Counted from the stretch's first letter, positions 53,772 through 63,851 are shown. The stretch is 64,000 bases of DNA from a virus (IMGVR_UViG_3300014204_000172:1-64000), one strand, 5' to 3'. Made by a program: numbers and translations. Notes: generated by a model from the letters alone, not told the origin.

Positions 53772-54890
53772 TTATCTCACAAACCAGTTGGCATTATTAG
53801 AGTACAGCGATACTGAGTCATATTGGTTATTCAATGTGTATGTAATCTGATCGTCAATACTTTCCGTTCCATTTGGTACAATATGAACAACAAATACTGT
53901 ATCGTCCAATTTTTTGATTGTAAATCTATTGACATTCCCAACAGCGGTTGGAAGTGTAATTACAATATCGACAGTCGAGCAAGTCACATTAATACAATTA
54001 TCATCTGTAGTTACCGTATAATCAGCGGTTTTGGATAATACATTGCACTTGTAATTTTTAGCTACCAAATTTCCAAGTAAAGTAGTGTTTCCTGAGTAAT
54101 CGATAATTAATGGATACACATAAGAACCACCATTGATAGCCATACCTAAACTAGCTAATATTCCAGCGGTAGCTCCTGAAACTGGCAATACTTTTAAAAT
54201 AACATCGATTGCTTGATTAGAAGGTCCTGTCGTTTCCCAGACATTTCCTTTGATATGAATTAATCCCGGCATTTGTACCGGAACTATATTCGTAGCATTC
54301 GTAATATTTTCTATTAATAAGGCATCGGTAGGGGTTGCAGCAATCCCAGATAAATAATTACCAATAATATCACCGGCAGTAAAAGGATTGACAACTATAC
54401 CCGATCTAGCCCAAAATGAAGCAGGAGTAGCATCGTCTACATATTTCTTATTTGCTACTTCATAATCAGCATCAGGAGCGGATGAAGGTGTTACAGGAAA
54501 CACGCTAAATGTTAATATACCCGCCGAATGAGTAATCGTAGCGTTTCCATTATTAAAATTGATTACTGCTCCATCAGCTAAAAATAAATCTGACCACATT
54601 TTAGTTACAGAACCCAAAGCAAATGCATCTGACGTACCCAAAATTAAATCAGCATTAATAGCGACTGATGCTAAATTGGATAATGCCTTATTAGCACCAA
54701 TCGAATCATCGACATATTTTTTGTTTGCTGTTTGATAATCAGTTGTCGGTGGTGAACTTGGAGTAACCGGGAATGCCGGGAAAGTCCAAACACCAGTTGA
54801 TACATTGACAGTTAAACCAGTTCCAAAAATATCAGTAATGGTTGTTGACAATGGATCGTATTTAAAAAGAGATATTGCTCCTGCTTCCAT
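53772..54890 (-). CDS. Tail fibre protein
   Basis: Two FPVTPSS..DY..ANKKYVDD repeats; C-terminal KTADYTVT..ITLPTA..IKK.D. Confidence 0.8.
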   Translation of the reverse strand: MEAGAISLFKYDPLSTTITDIFGTGLTVNVSTGVWTFPAFPVTPSSPPTTDYQTANKKYVDDSIGANKALSNLASVAINADLILGTSDAFALGSVTKMWSDLFLADGAVINFNNGNATITHSAGILTFSVFPVTPSSAPDADYEVANKKYVDDATPASFWARSGIVVNPFTAGDIIGNYLSGIAATPTDALLIENITNATNIVPVQMPGLIHIKGNVWETTGPSNQAIDVILKVLPVSGATAGILASLGMAINGGSYVYPLIIDYSGNTTLLGNLVAKNYKCNVLSKTADYTVTTDDNCINVTCSTVDIVITLPTAVGNVNRFTIKKLDDTVFVVHIVPNGTESIDDQITYTLNNQYDSVSLYSNNANWFVR

Positions 54891-54902
54891 TTATAATCCT
54901 CC

Positions 54903-55970
54903 TTAAACCCAAGCTTCAACAATAAATAATCCACCACCTACTTTAGGAGTGGCGAAATATATTGTCTTACCAACTAAATCTTTATCCATCTCTGTATATC
55001 CCATTGAACCATCGTGTCTATCGTAAGGACTCGTAGGAGTAGCGACTTTTCCTATTTCCCAAGCTGTGTAAAAAATATCTCCCGGTAATCCACCAGCTAA
55101 TTTGATATTGAATGATTTCGTATGATCTGGCAATAATTGAGAGCCTTCTGTACTAGCTAAAACTGTAACATTGTATAGAGTGGATACCGAAGCTTTTTTA
55201 GGCTGAGCTTCCAGTAAAGTTAAAATACCTTTTAAATAAGCAATAATTGATCCATCTGCTGTAGGATCAATAATCGCCACATCTGCTTTACTACCTAAAC
55301 GAGTAATAAAATTGTCACCAGCCGCTACATCTCCAAAGGATTTTAATAATCCTTTAGTCGTTTCGTCTTGGAATATTCTTAACAAACCTTTGGTAAAAGT
55401 AAGTAATGAACCTGAATCCGTATAATCAATTTTAGCTGCATCTGCCAATTCTCCGATACGATTTGCTATATTTGTTCCAGCTCCAATATCTCCGACTGAT
55501 TTTAAAAGTCCTTTGACTGAATCATCATTTAATGCTTTAAATCTTGCAGTCCAATCATCGGCTGTTAAAGCTGTGCCAGCTATAGAAGATATATCGACTG
55601 AACCAAAATTAGAAATAATCGCGTAAGGTGCTCCAATAGGAATAACTACGCCAATCGCGGGGAATGTTAAAGTAGTTGCGTTATTAGTAGATATTTCTTG
55701 AGTATAATGAATACCACCAACTTCAACGACAACAAAGGCATCTCTGGCTACCCACATATTTACTGCCCATGACATTAAAGCATCTATAACATTTATTCCA
55801 CCTGCGGATGCTGCTGTGGTTACGGATTTAATAAATGCAAATTGTGTTGAATGAGCCATAACTATAGCAAGTTCAGCTAAAAAGGACGCATCTGAACCAT
55901 CTGCTTTCCTTATTTTATCTAACGGATAATGTCTATCCGGCGTTGCTTCTTCATATCTAGGATCAACCAT
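54903..55970 (-). CDS. Tail fibre/structural protein
   Basis: KGLLKS.GD repeats; N-terminal beta module shared with the tail terminator. Confidence 0.65.
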   Translation of the reverse strand: MVDPRYEEATPDRHYPLDKIRKADGSDASFLAELAIVMAHSTQFAFIKSVTTAASAGGINVIDALMSWAVNMWVARDAFVVVEVGGIHYTQEISTNNATTLTFPAIGVVIPIGAPYAIISNFGSVDISSIAGTALTADDWTARFKALNDDSVKGLLKSVGDIGAGTNIANRIGELADAAKIDYTDSGSLLTFTKGLLRIFQDETTKGLLKSFGDVAAGDNFITRLGSKADVAIIDPTADGSIIAYLKGILTLLEAQPKKASVSTLYNVTVLASTEGSQLLPDHTKSFNIKLAGGLPGDIFYTAWEIGKVATPTSPYDRHDGSMGYTEMDKDLVGKTIYFATPKVGGGLFIVEAWV

Positions 55971-55997
55971 TTTTAATACCTCCTACCTATTATCTAC

Positions 55998-56327
55998 CTA
56001 TACTATATTAGTAATCAAACCATTAACAATGGTTAGTGTTTTTGTGTCAATCGTAACTGTACCTGAATATCCATTGCTTACACCTGACGGTAATTTTTCA
56101 ATCCAGATTCCTTGAGTTAAAAAATCTAAAGGTCTAATAATCCATGGATGAGTAATTACCTGTTCTGCTGATACTCCATCTATATCAAATATAAATACTA
56201 AGTTTTCATTACCTGATATAACATTTGCCAAATCTTCGTCTTGTATGGTTGCTATAGGAATGTTTTTTAAATATCTTAATCCTGATCCAGTTATTCCATT
56301 TAAATGATGGATATTTTTATAAGGCAA
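55998..56327 (-). CDS. Tail-associated hypothetical protein (probable TTG start at 56327)
   Basis: GGAGG SD before TTG; C-terminal L.IVNGLIT. Confidence 0.6.
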   Translation of the reverse strand: MPYKNIHHLNGITGSGLRYLKNIPIATIQDEDLANVISGNENLVFIFDIDGVSAEQVITHPWIIRPLDFLTQGIWIEKLPSGVSNGYSGTVTIDTKTLTIVNGLITNIV

Positions 56328-56490
56328 TTGAAACCTCCGGAACCAATAAATCATTATTAGTTAGTAAATCTCCATTAGTCAATAAATCTCCATGAATCCA
56401 AACAATATTAACTGTATAATTAGCACTCAATGTTATTTCTCTTGGATAACTTTTTAAACTAATGCTTTGTGGATAAGCTTTTAAAATCAT
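56317..56490 (-). CDS. 57-aa protein with internal repeats (not in ORF track)
   Basis: MILKAYPQSISLKSYPREI...GDLLTNGDLLTNNDLL; fills the gap exactly. Confidence 0.6.
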   Translation of the reverse strand: MILKAYPQSISLKSYPREITLSANYTVNIVWIHGDLLTNGDLLTNNDLLVPEVSIAL

Positions 56491-56503
56491 TTTATTACCC
56501 TAC

Positions 56504-57772
56504 CTATGGCAGCCAACAACATCTGAAACCTGTCTTGGCTGATGTAAAAGTTCGAGCATTACGAAGGTCTAAATTCATAATTCCAGCAGCTAATTCACTT
56601 TCATAATCTCCTCCACGAATTGCTATTTTTTCCGTTATAGAAGTCGAATTTAAATATGCTCTTTCTTTATGTCGTTCAACTAATGCATTACCAATTAATC
56701 TTGCAGCAGAATCAGCTTCTATATAACCTAATCCACCACCACCATAAACATATCCACCAGCTAACCCTAAGCTAGTTAAAGCAAAAACTGCTCTATAATT
56801 CAAAGCTAATCCTGTACCTAAATTAATAAATGCAAAATCCCCTGAACCATCATAATATAAACCTGGATATGATTGATAATGTATTAATATATTATACATG
56901 CCATATCCAGTTCCTGCACAAAAAGCTTTAACTGCATTTGGATCAGCTAGAGATGTATAAGTTCCATCTGTTCCCTTAATAGTATACCAATCAGTACTAC
57001 CGGCTAAGTGACCAGCAACTCCTATAATAGCTGATTCATTGTATCTAGTTATTTGTAATTCATGATCTTTATATCTTAATCCAGCTATCCATTCAGAAAC
57101 ATTTCCATTTAGATCTGAAATTCCCCAAGGAGTATTATCATGATTCCAATTATTAGGACCGGAACCAGTTTTTATTAAATTTGTTATTGCTGGAGGTCCT
57201 GAACCATCGTTTGTAGCTTCAATTCCTATTTCATTAGGTCCTGTTCTAAAAGAGGTATATACTATATTTTCCTTTTGTGATCCATAATAATTATTCCCTT
57301 TAGGAATAACTCCTTCATAATTTTTTGCTAGAATATTTGTGTATGTACAATTATATCCACTAAACATACAAGATAGTAATTGTATCATACCCCATTCGGC
57401 ATTTGTCATCAAATGCCATCCAGTTCCTTTGTTTGTACAATAAGCTTGAGCAGTATCAAAATCCATTCCACTAGCTGGTGTTCTGTTAGGTAATGAATAA
57501 GCTTTTGAATCTTCAATCACGTTTTCATATTTGGAACACATAAAATAATCTTTGACTGTTCCATCTGCTAACTTAAAAGCTGGAAAATAATCATCTATTA
57601 CTCCCCAAGTAGTTAGTTGTGTCGCTGGATATAAATTACTGTACTTCATTTTTGGTATTTTAACCATAACTGATGGCTTACCTGTTTGAGCTATTACGTT
57701 ATCAAATAAAATGGTGTTTTTTCCACCACTAGCCATTTCCAAACCTAATTTTATATCTTGCCAGTTAGCCAT
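56504..57772 (-). CDS. Mtd-like C-type-lectin (FGE-sulfatase fold) tail protein
   Basis: PSVMVKIPK, SKYEN..AYSLP, GWHLMTNAEW, HD.T.WGISDLNGNVSEW, RGG..AG..GFRC. Confidence 0.85.
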   Translation of the reverse strand: MANWQDIKLGLEMASGGKNTILFDNVIAQTGKPSVMVKIPKMKYSNLYPATQLTTWGVIDDYFPAFKLADGTVKDYFMCSKYENVIEDSKAYSLPNRTPASGMDFDTAQAYCTNKGTGWHLMTNAEWGMIQLLSCMFSGYNCTYTNILAKNYEGVIPKGNNYYGSQKENIVYTSFRTGPNEIGIEATNDGSGPPAITNLIKTGSGPNNWNHDNTPWGISDLNGNVSEWIAGLRYKDHELQITRYNESAIIGVAGHLAGSTDWYTIKGTDGTYTSLADPNAVKAFCAGTGYGMYNILIHYQSYPGLYYDGSGDFAFINLGTGLALNYRAVFALTSLGLAGGYVYGGGGLGYIEADSAARLIGNALVERHKERAYLNSTSITEKIAIRGGDYESELAAGIMNLDLRNARTFTSAKTGFRCCWLP

Positions 57773-57784
57773 TATTATTCACCT

Positions 57785-58843
57785 CTAACTCATATCCGCC
57801 CAGGAACAGCGAAATCCAATTTTTGTTGAAACATCAGTCCTTTTGTTTAAGAAATCTAAAGCACCTAAGCCAGCATTTACGGTATCTGAATTATCTCCGC
57901 CTCTGGCACAGAATCTTTCTCCATTATTTCTTATTCTAGCTAAATCCGAATCATATAAACCATCAGGGAATAGTCCAAAAGTTTTTAAAATTAATAAAGC
58001 AGCAGCATCCGCTGAGCCTCCATTAGTAATCGTTTGGAATGGCTGAGTCGTTGAATTAACATCAGTTGTTATATTTGTTACTGAGTCATTAATACAAATT
58101 CCAGTAGGTGTAGCAGTTAATGCGTCCATAAATATAGCATCAGCAGCACCGGCATTTTGGATTACTCCGCCAGTTTTATTTAAAGATTTCCATAATCCAG
58201 AACCAGCGGAATGACCAACGACTCCTGCATCGACAGATTTATTACGTTCCATTACATTGATTTCCCCAACATTTAAGCGGATTCCTGATAACCATTCCGC
58301 TACGTTACCATTTAAATCAGCTATTCCATCTCTAGTGAAATTATGATTCCAAGTCGAAGGACCGGAACCGGTAGCTGTATAATTACCGGATGTTATAGTT
58401 CCGAATTCATCTGGATAGGTGATATCAAATCCAGAATTATTATTTCCATGAGGTATAGTTAAATTTTTCTTACACCATAATAAAATACCAGCCCATTCTA
58501 TATAACTCATCAAATGCCATCCCAAACCTTTAGTTTCACAGTAGGCTAATGCTGCATCAATAGTGATATTGTTTGTTGGTTGTTTCAATGGCAATGAATA
58601 AGCTCTGTTATTTAAGATACAGTTCTGATATTTAGATATATAAATTTCGTCTAGGGTTATCCAAGTCCCTCCTTTCCAAACGTCGAAACAAGGATATATT
58701 GTATGCGGACCACCTACCAAGACATCATCTACATAAAACTTAGGAATCTTATACATTACTGATGGCATATTTAAATCATCCAATAATACTTCTACGGAAG
58801 GAAAAATATTCTTAGCCAATATTTTTATCTGATCCATAGCCAT
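57785..58843 (-). CDS. Mtd-like C-type-lectin tail protein (tandem paralogue)
   Basis: PSVMYKIPK, SKYQN..AYSLP, GWHLM..EW, GIADLNGNVAEW, RGG..AG..GFRC. Confidence 0.85.
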   Translation of the reverse strand: MAMDQIKILAKNIFPSVEVLLDDLNMPSVMYKIPKFYVDDVLVGGPHTIYPCFDVWKGGTWITLDEIYISKYQNCILNNRAYSLPLKQPTNNITIDAALAYCETKGLGWHLMSYIEWAGILLWCKKNLTIPHGNNNSGFDITYPDEFGTITSGNYTATGSGPSTWNHNFTRDGIADLNGNVAEWLSGIRLNVGEINVMERNKSVDAGVVGHSAGSGLWKSLNKTGGVIQNAGAADAIFMDALTATPTGICINDSVTNITTDVNSTTQPFQTITNGGSADAAALLILKTFGLFPDGLYDSDLARIRNNGERFCARGGDNSDTVNAGLGALDFLNKRTDVSTKIGFRCSWADMS

Positions 58844-59331
58844 TAGAAGCCTCCCTCTACGTGTACTGAAAGTGTAACAGCGGTTGCATCTCCGTCAAAA
58901 GCAATCGTAAACCCTGTTAAAGCTTTGGATGTTATATTTACATCGCCTAAAAATCCACCAGTAATGGTTGATACTTCCCACCAAATATGGTAGTTTAAAT
59001 TACTTCTGGCTATATCTAATAAAACATTAGCTGTTGAGTCGTTAAATGGATATTCCTTCGTATTAGTTAAACTGACTGTAAATATTTCTTCTTGCGAATC
59101 TCTTTCCAATTTAGATAAAGCATCGCTTAATAATAATATCATTTCCTGAGCTTCAAAAACACCTGCTTCCAATAAATTGAAATGAGAGGCATCCATGGGA
59201 GTACCGGGAATAGTTATTGTTCCATATTTCGGATTGACTTCGTACTCATCAATGCCAATCAAAAATATTTCATAATGTGTAGGATGATCTGAAACTTGGT
59301 CTAACCAATATGTTCTGGCATAAGGTATCAT
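58843..59331 (-). CDS. Tail fibre-associated protein
   Basis: W.D.V..GTPMDASHFNLLEAG motif; precedes the Mtd-like genes. Confidence 0.65.
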   Translation of the reverse strand: MIPYARTYWLDQVSDHPTHYEIFLIGIDEYEVNPKYGTITIPGTPMDASHFNLLEAGVFEAQEMILLLSDALSKLERDSQEEIFTVSLTNTKEYPFNDSTANVLLDIARSNLNYHIWWEVSTITGGFLGDVNITSKALTGFTIAFDGDATAVTLSVHVEGGF

Positions 59332-59352
59332 TTTTTAATCCTCCTACTCCTA

Positions 59353-59646
59353 TTAACTAACCGTAACCGCAGCAGTAATAACAACTGAAACATCCACCAA
59401 AGAGGTGATTGCAACAATAGTAGTATACCACAATTCACTATGGCTATTATAAACATTTATTTCAGTAACAGTCATAGATCCACCAGTATTTGGCAATGTC
59501 AAATATATCTGAATATTAGCTGCATTTTCAAATATGGAATTGATATATGCATTGTAATAAGTGCCGGATACCAAATAAGTAACAAAGCTAACAGTTTCAT
59601 ATAAATGTTCTACCATTCCTTTGATTGCATCGCTAGTAAGTGCCAT
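59353..59646 (-). CDS. Tail/baseplate-associated hypothetical protein
   Basis: Position after the XkdU-like gene. Confidence 0.6.
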   Translation of the reverse strand: MALTSDAIKGMVEHLYETVSFVTYLVSGTYYNAYINSIFENAANIQIYLTLPNTGGSMTVTEINVYNSHSELWYTTIVAITSLVDVSVVITAAVTVS

Positions 59647-59662
59647 TTATTTTATTACTCCT

Positions 59663-60262
59663 TTAGTTATTTCTTATCTGTGCTACCGCAGGTAATGTGC
59701 CACAAACAACTTCACCACACCTATTTAATCGTTGGCTACTGGATGTATAACTCATCGCTACGTTAAATCCGATAGTAATCATCGGCGTATAAATAATAGT
59801 ATAGCTCATGTGAGCAGGTTTAAATCGTTCAATTAAATCTATTACGTTTTTGGTTAGTATGGGTGCAGATAAATCAAGCAATATTTCTACTCCAAATGTA
59901 TAAGCTCCAATATAATCATGGACTACAGCATTAGAAACTCCCTGTATCATTTCTAGATATGTTTCCATTCTTGATCGATTGATTGAATATCTTTTTAGAA
60001 TCTCAGCTAAAACAATAGATCGTCTCTGCGCGTATGTAAGTTCTATAGCTCTTCTAACGTGTACATAATCTTCCCACCAGATTAATCCCCATGTAGCAGT
60101 ACTTAAATGCAATTGACTTTGAGTATCTAAAATCATTGCTTCCGATAATCCCCATTCCGTGCCTAATGCTTGAATCAATACATTCATCTGGAAGCATTCG
60201 GAATAAATGGGTGCTATCCAATTCATCATTATTATTCCGGTAGGGCTAGTTAATATATTCAT
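59663..60262 (-). CDS. Baseplate wedge protein (XkdU/YmfQ/DUF2313-like)
   Basis: TATWGLIWWE..RR..V, IERFKPAHM. Confidence 0.85.
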   Translation of the reverse strand: MNILTSPTGIIMMNWIAPIYSECFQMNVLIQALGTEWGLSEAMILDTQSQLHLSTATWGLIWWEDYVHVRRAIELTYAQRRSIVLAEILKRYSINRSRMETYLEMIQGVSNAVVHDYIGAYTFGVEILLDLSAPILTKNVIDLIERFKPAHMSYTIIYTPMITIGFNVAMSYTSSSQRLNRCGEVVCGTLPAVAQIRNN

Positions 60263-61633
60263 TTAAGGTGTTTCTGCTCCTGTTATATTTCCAATTACCG
60301 GATACTGGTCTTTATCAATCGTAAAGTCATTCATGGCTGTATCGATAGTAATTATAACTGCTGTTGAGGTAATGGATCCCGGACCGGATAAAATCTCCGC
60401 TGTTTTGGTAGCTGTTACATAGTCATGGATAGTGTAATCAGATCCATCGATAGTAATTACATCATTTAAAGCTATGTCTAAACATCCGCTAACCAATTTA
60501 ACAAAAGCGTTTCCGCCTCCGGGGGGGGTATAGGTATCTATGGTATCTGAAATCGAAACTGTCAGTATCGTATGGTTTAAAACTCCTTGAATCAATAATA
60601 ATGTCTTTGAGATTTCTTTGTAATAAACCAATCCAATATCTTTTGACTCATAAAAATAATCCTGAACGTCAACAGCAAATGCAGTTAATACATCCGCTAA
60701 TTTAGCAGTTTTAGGATCTAGCCAAACTGTAAAATCTATATTGATTATGATTGGCGTAGGAGCAACCACCGTAACAATAGCACCCACAGGAGCTTTGCCA
60801 GTTCCAGTCGTAGGATATATATATGCTTGTACAGCAGCAACTAAAGCTGCTATAGCCGGTAAATAATTGGTATCTAGAACCAATATTTTTACAGTACCAG
60901 TAGAAACTCCTAGCCATTCAGGAATACAATAAGCTCTGCCAACTCCATCCACTTCTTCCGCCCAGTTTTCGTAATCATCTTTAGAACCACCTCCGGGTGT
61001 AGAAGCAGCTTTTTCTAGGATTCTTATTTGTAATGCTTCATCAGTTTCAATATCAGCACCGCCAGCAGCCGGCAATGGATTGTTAATTGAAGTTATTCCA
61101 GCTAAAGGCACACTCATTAGCGATATTCCATTGGCTGGGATATTGGTTAATTCGCCAGTTAATACCGATTTTACTTGTATACTGGCTAGTGTTCCGCCAA
61201 TAGGAATTGTATAACTAGCTAAAGTTTCATATTCAACCGCAACTTGGGTAAAGGAAGCGACGGAAGAAAATCGAAAAGCTAAAGGGATTATTACTCCGGG
61301 AGTTCCAATTACCGTCAATATGGCATAACTAGGTAAAGCAGGTAGTCTTACCAATCCATTTAATGTTGCGTGCAAATCTAAGAAAGCTTCTTCGGCATAT
61401 TGAGCGAATCCATTTTTTACTATCTGATTTAATATTTGTTGTACTAATTGTGCTTTTTCGACTGCTGTTGGATAAGCTGAATCATAAAAGAAGGAAGCTT
61501 CCGAGGTATCAATGCAATCTTTGATCTTTTTCCCATTACTAAGTGTAATATCAATCATTCTTGCATATATAGTATCAACGTCCTCTGTGTTAAAAATGCT
61601 AGGCTGTATATATGGAACTATTTCAATAGTCAT
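60263..61633 (-). CDS. Baseplate J-like protein (XkdT)
   Basis: A..AFLDLHA..GL.R, GGADIETDEALQ.R, GGSKDDY..WA..V.GV, GTVK, GKAPVGA.VTV. Confidence 0.92.
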   Translation of the reverse strand: MTIEIVPYIQPSIFNTEDVDTIYARMIDITLSNGKKIKDCIDTSEASFFYDSAYPTAVEKAQLVQQILNQIVKNGFAQYAEEAFLDLHATLNGLVRLPALPSYAILTVIGTPGVIIPLAFRFSSVASFTQVAVEYETLASYTIPIGGTLASIQVKSVLTGELTNIPANGISLMSVPLAGITSINNPLPAAGGADIETDEALQIRILEKAASTPGGGSKDDYENWAEEVDGVGRAYCIPEWLGVSTGTVKILVLDTNYLPAIAALVAAVQAYIYPTTGTGKAPVGAIVTVVAPTPIIINIDFTVWLDPKTAKLADVLTAFAVDVQDYFYESKDIGLVYYKEISKTLLLIQGVLNHTILTVSISDTIDTYTPPGGGNAFVKLVSGCLDIALNDVITIDGSDYTIHDYVTATKTAEILSGPGSITSTAVIITIDTAMNDFTIDKDQYPVIGNITGAETP

Positions 61634-61635
61634 TT

Positions 61636-62103
61636 CTAATTTACACCTCCTATCATATTTAACGCTAAATTGTAGTTAAAAGTCAATCCTTCAATCGGTG
61701 TAACCGTAAAATCAACTAAACATTCATCTCCCTGGCTAGTAAAATTGAATGAAGAAACCATCTTAGTTTTAGGATTAACCATCAATGCATCTGTAATAGT
61801 TCGTATCAATGCTAATTTCTGTTCTTCGTGACTTCCAGTTTTGTATAATTCTTCAATACCAATTAACGAGTCGTAAGCTAACTTGGAGTATCTAATAATA
61901 TATAATTGTTTAATACACCAATTACGCCAACCGAACCATCCATCTGATAATTCAACTCCTCGTTTGGTATTACTAACAAATTCCATTTTGGAATAATCAA
62001 ATAGCCAGTCAGGCTTAAAATCTGTTGAATATGATTCATCAGTAATAGGTAAAATTACTGATGAATCAATAGGCGTATAAAGTTTTCTTCTGTAAGTACT
62101 CAT
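61636..62103 (-). CDS. Baseplate wedge protein (XkdS/DUF2634-like); start reassigned to 62103
   Basis: W.FD..F..W..K.L...RY..AY..G.E, ITDAL..P.T..V..F. Confidence 0.8.
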   Translation of the reverse strand: MSTYRRKLYTPIDSSVILPITDESYSTDFKPDWLFDYSKMEFVSNTKRGVELSDGWFGWRNWCIKQLYIIRYSKLAYDSLIGIEELYKTGSHEEQKLALIRTITDALMVNPKTKMVSSFNFTSQGDECLVDFTVTPIEGLTFNYNLALNMIGGVN

Positions 62104-62552
62104 TATATTTTTTTCACCACACATAAAATTATGGGAACTGATAAAGTCCAAATTACCAATACTCTATCATTAACTTTCAAAGGTAAAAAAGCAATTGGTA
62201 AATGTACTGAATGCTGGTGTTTTCCTTGGTTAGCTAACGAAAACGTATGAGTATGTCCGGGAGATCCGCCAACATCCGTTGTACCTGTATGATCATGTAA
62301 CCCTTCAAAAGTAGAACCTTCCTCTAAATCTTTTAGAGTTATAGTCATAGGTTCTAAATCATCGAAACAAAAAATACGATTAACTAGATATAAGGTTTTG
62401 GGAATTTTATATTCAGGCAAGGAATCAACAATCAAATTTAATTCAGCATCCATTTTACCTAACTCAATAGGTAATTGCTGGCTTCTATCATTAATTAGTT
62501 TTGTTCTCTTTTCTAGAACTAATGCTAATTTATTAATCCCTTCATTTTTCAT
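62103..62552 (-). CDS. Baseplate spike-like protein (XkdR/DUF2577-like)
   Basis: ELG..L..D; His-rich HDH/HTH/HQH; LKVNDRVLV. Confidence 0.75.
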   Translation of the reverse strand: MKNEGINKLALVLEKRTKLINDRSQQLPIELGKMDAELNLIVDSLPEYKIPKTLYLVNRIFCFDDLEPMTITLKDLEEGSTFEGLHDHTGTTDVGGSPGHTHTFSLANQGKHQHSVHLPIAFLPLKVNDRVLVIWTLSVPIILCVVKKI

Positions 62553-62558
62553 TACTAA

Positions 62559-63851
62559 TTACTTCTCCACTTCAACTGTCATTTTCTTTTCCATTAAGTT
62601 TTGGGTCACCGTTTTGATATAAAATGTACCAATCTGGTTTCCAGCATGCAATATAATTTTATCACCTTTTCTTAATGTAGGAATAACTAATCCATCAAAT
62701 TTGGTAACTTCCACAGGTTCAGAATATTCAGCCAATATATCGTTAGCTTCTAACATGGCATCGGATATGTCGTCATCTTTGGTTCGATAGACTATACGTT
62801 GGAATCTTCCGTACTTAATATTTCTATTTAATGTTGCTTCTAATTTTGCTAATTCAATCCCTTCATCCTTAGCACCTAAAGGTGGTTGATAATAGTCCGG
62901 TTCCAATATTCCATATTTATCTTGTATAGGTGTCGTTCCAGTAGTGGTTATGGTTCCATCGCCTAAACCCATGGGAGCTACAAAAGATCCTGATTCGTCA
63001 TAATTATCAGGGTCCGTTAAATCTAAATCAGGATCTTCAACTGTACCATTATCTGTACTCGTCACATCGTCTTTGCTTAATACCCCATATTTATCTGTTT
63101 CTCCTCCGCCTTTATAACCTGAACCTGAACCGGGTTCACCATCTAAGGAATTATAAGTAGTCATAACTTTGACAACAGTAACAATGTCTTCAATAGAACC
63201 CTCATAACTAATATCAACCAATTCATTGGTATATAAAGTTGCAATATTGGTATTGTTACCTCTGGGAACTACTTCGATAATTCCATTATTAATTCTTAAT
63301 ACATATTTGCCTTTCCCGCGTAACTGGGCTAGTTTCAAAATGCTTAATATGATTTCTGATACTGGATCATTCGTAAATTTTACAATTGCCGGGAAAGCAA
63401 AATCAGGTCCTTGATAGTTGTAAGTAATTCCAGTATCAGTCAATACTTGTTTGAGAAATTTGGCTGACGAACTACCTTTCAAAGCTAAGTATCTTTCTTC
63501 TGATCTTTGAAAGTTCCATAATTCATCTAAACATCCCAGTTGAATGATTTTCGATAATGCTGAACTATAATTTTTCTTTACTACTTCACATCTCATTAAC
63601 TCATTGAAACTTTTACCGTTATTCAATGAATAATAAACAATGACTTTGTTCTTGAATTTAAGCATATCAACCAGCCATTGACCATTAAAAAAGATATTTG
63701 GCATTTCTAAACTCAAGGCAACCGCTAGCTGTGTAGTGGTATCTGTCGATTCAGCATTGGTAATAATCCTGCTTAAATTGAAATTATTTCCATATTCGTC
63801 AATCAATATTATTTTATATTTGATGTTTTCAAATTGAATATTAGTAATCAT
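62559..63851 (-). CDS. Baseplate hub protein (XkdQ/YqbQ, Mu gp44-like) with acidic insertion
   Basis: Position; YG.FQ.IV, G..IPTLRKGD.I..G.FYIK.V. Confidence 0.8.
   Translation of the reverse strand: MITNIQFENIKYKIILIDEYGNNFNLSRIITNAESTDTTTQLAVALSLEMPNIFFNGQWLVDMLKFKNKVIVYYSLNNGKSFNELMRCEVVKKNYSSALSKIIQLGCLDELWNFQRSEERYLALKGSSSAKFLKQVLTDTGITYNYQGPDFAFPAIVKFTNDPVSEIILSILKLAQLRGKGKYVLRINNGIIEVVPRGNNTNIATLYTNELVDISYEGSIEDIVTVVKVMTTYNSLDGEPGSGSGYKGGGETDKYGVLSKDDVTSTDNGTVEDPDLDLTDPDNYDESGSFVAPMGLGDGTITTTGTTPIQDKYGILEPDYYQPPLGAKDEGIELAKLEATLNRNIKYGRFQRIVYRTKDDDISDAMLEANDILAEYSEPVEVTKFDGLVIPTLRKGDKIILHAGNQIGTFYIKTVTQNLMEKKMTVEVEK

Noticed and set aside
52283-58843. Active diversity-generating retroelement
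   Set aside because: No reverse transcriptase, Avd or A-mismatched template repeat found in the window
27661-60917. Nested - strand ORFs 27661..27867, 53077..53274, 60711..60917
   Set aside because: Alternative frames inside longer, better-supported genes
4060-62050. Other CTGATGA occurrences as possible hammerheads (e.g. ~4065, ~24838, ~25185, ~49775)
   Set aside because: All lie in coding sequence (TDE/PDE codons) without GAAA or flanking stems
62200-62310. His-rich HxH repeats in the XkdR-like protein
   Set aside because: HxH metal-binding tips are expected in baseplate spike proteins; not novel
710-63414. All + strand ORFs in the supplied track (e.g. 710..1117, 15002..15313, 42025..42429)
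   Set aside because: Each lies antisense within a convincing - strand gene and has no recognisable motif; shadow ORFs
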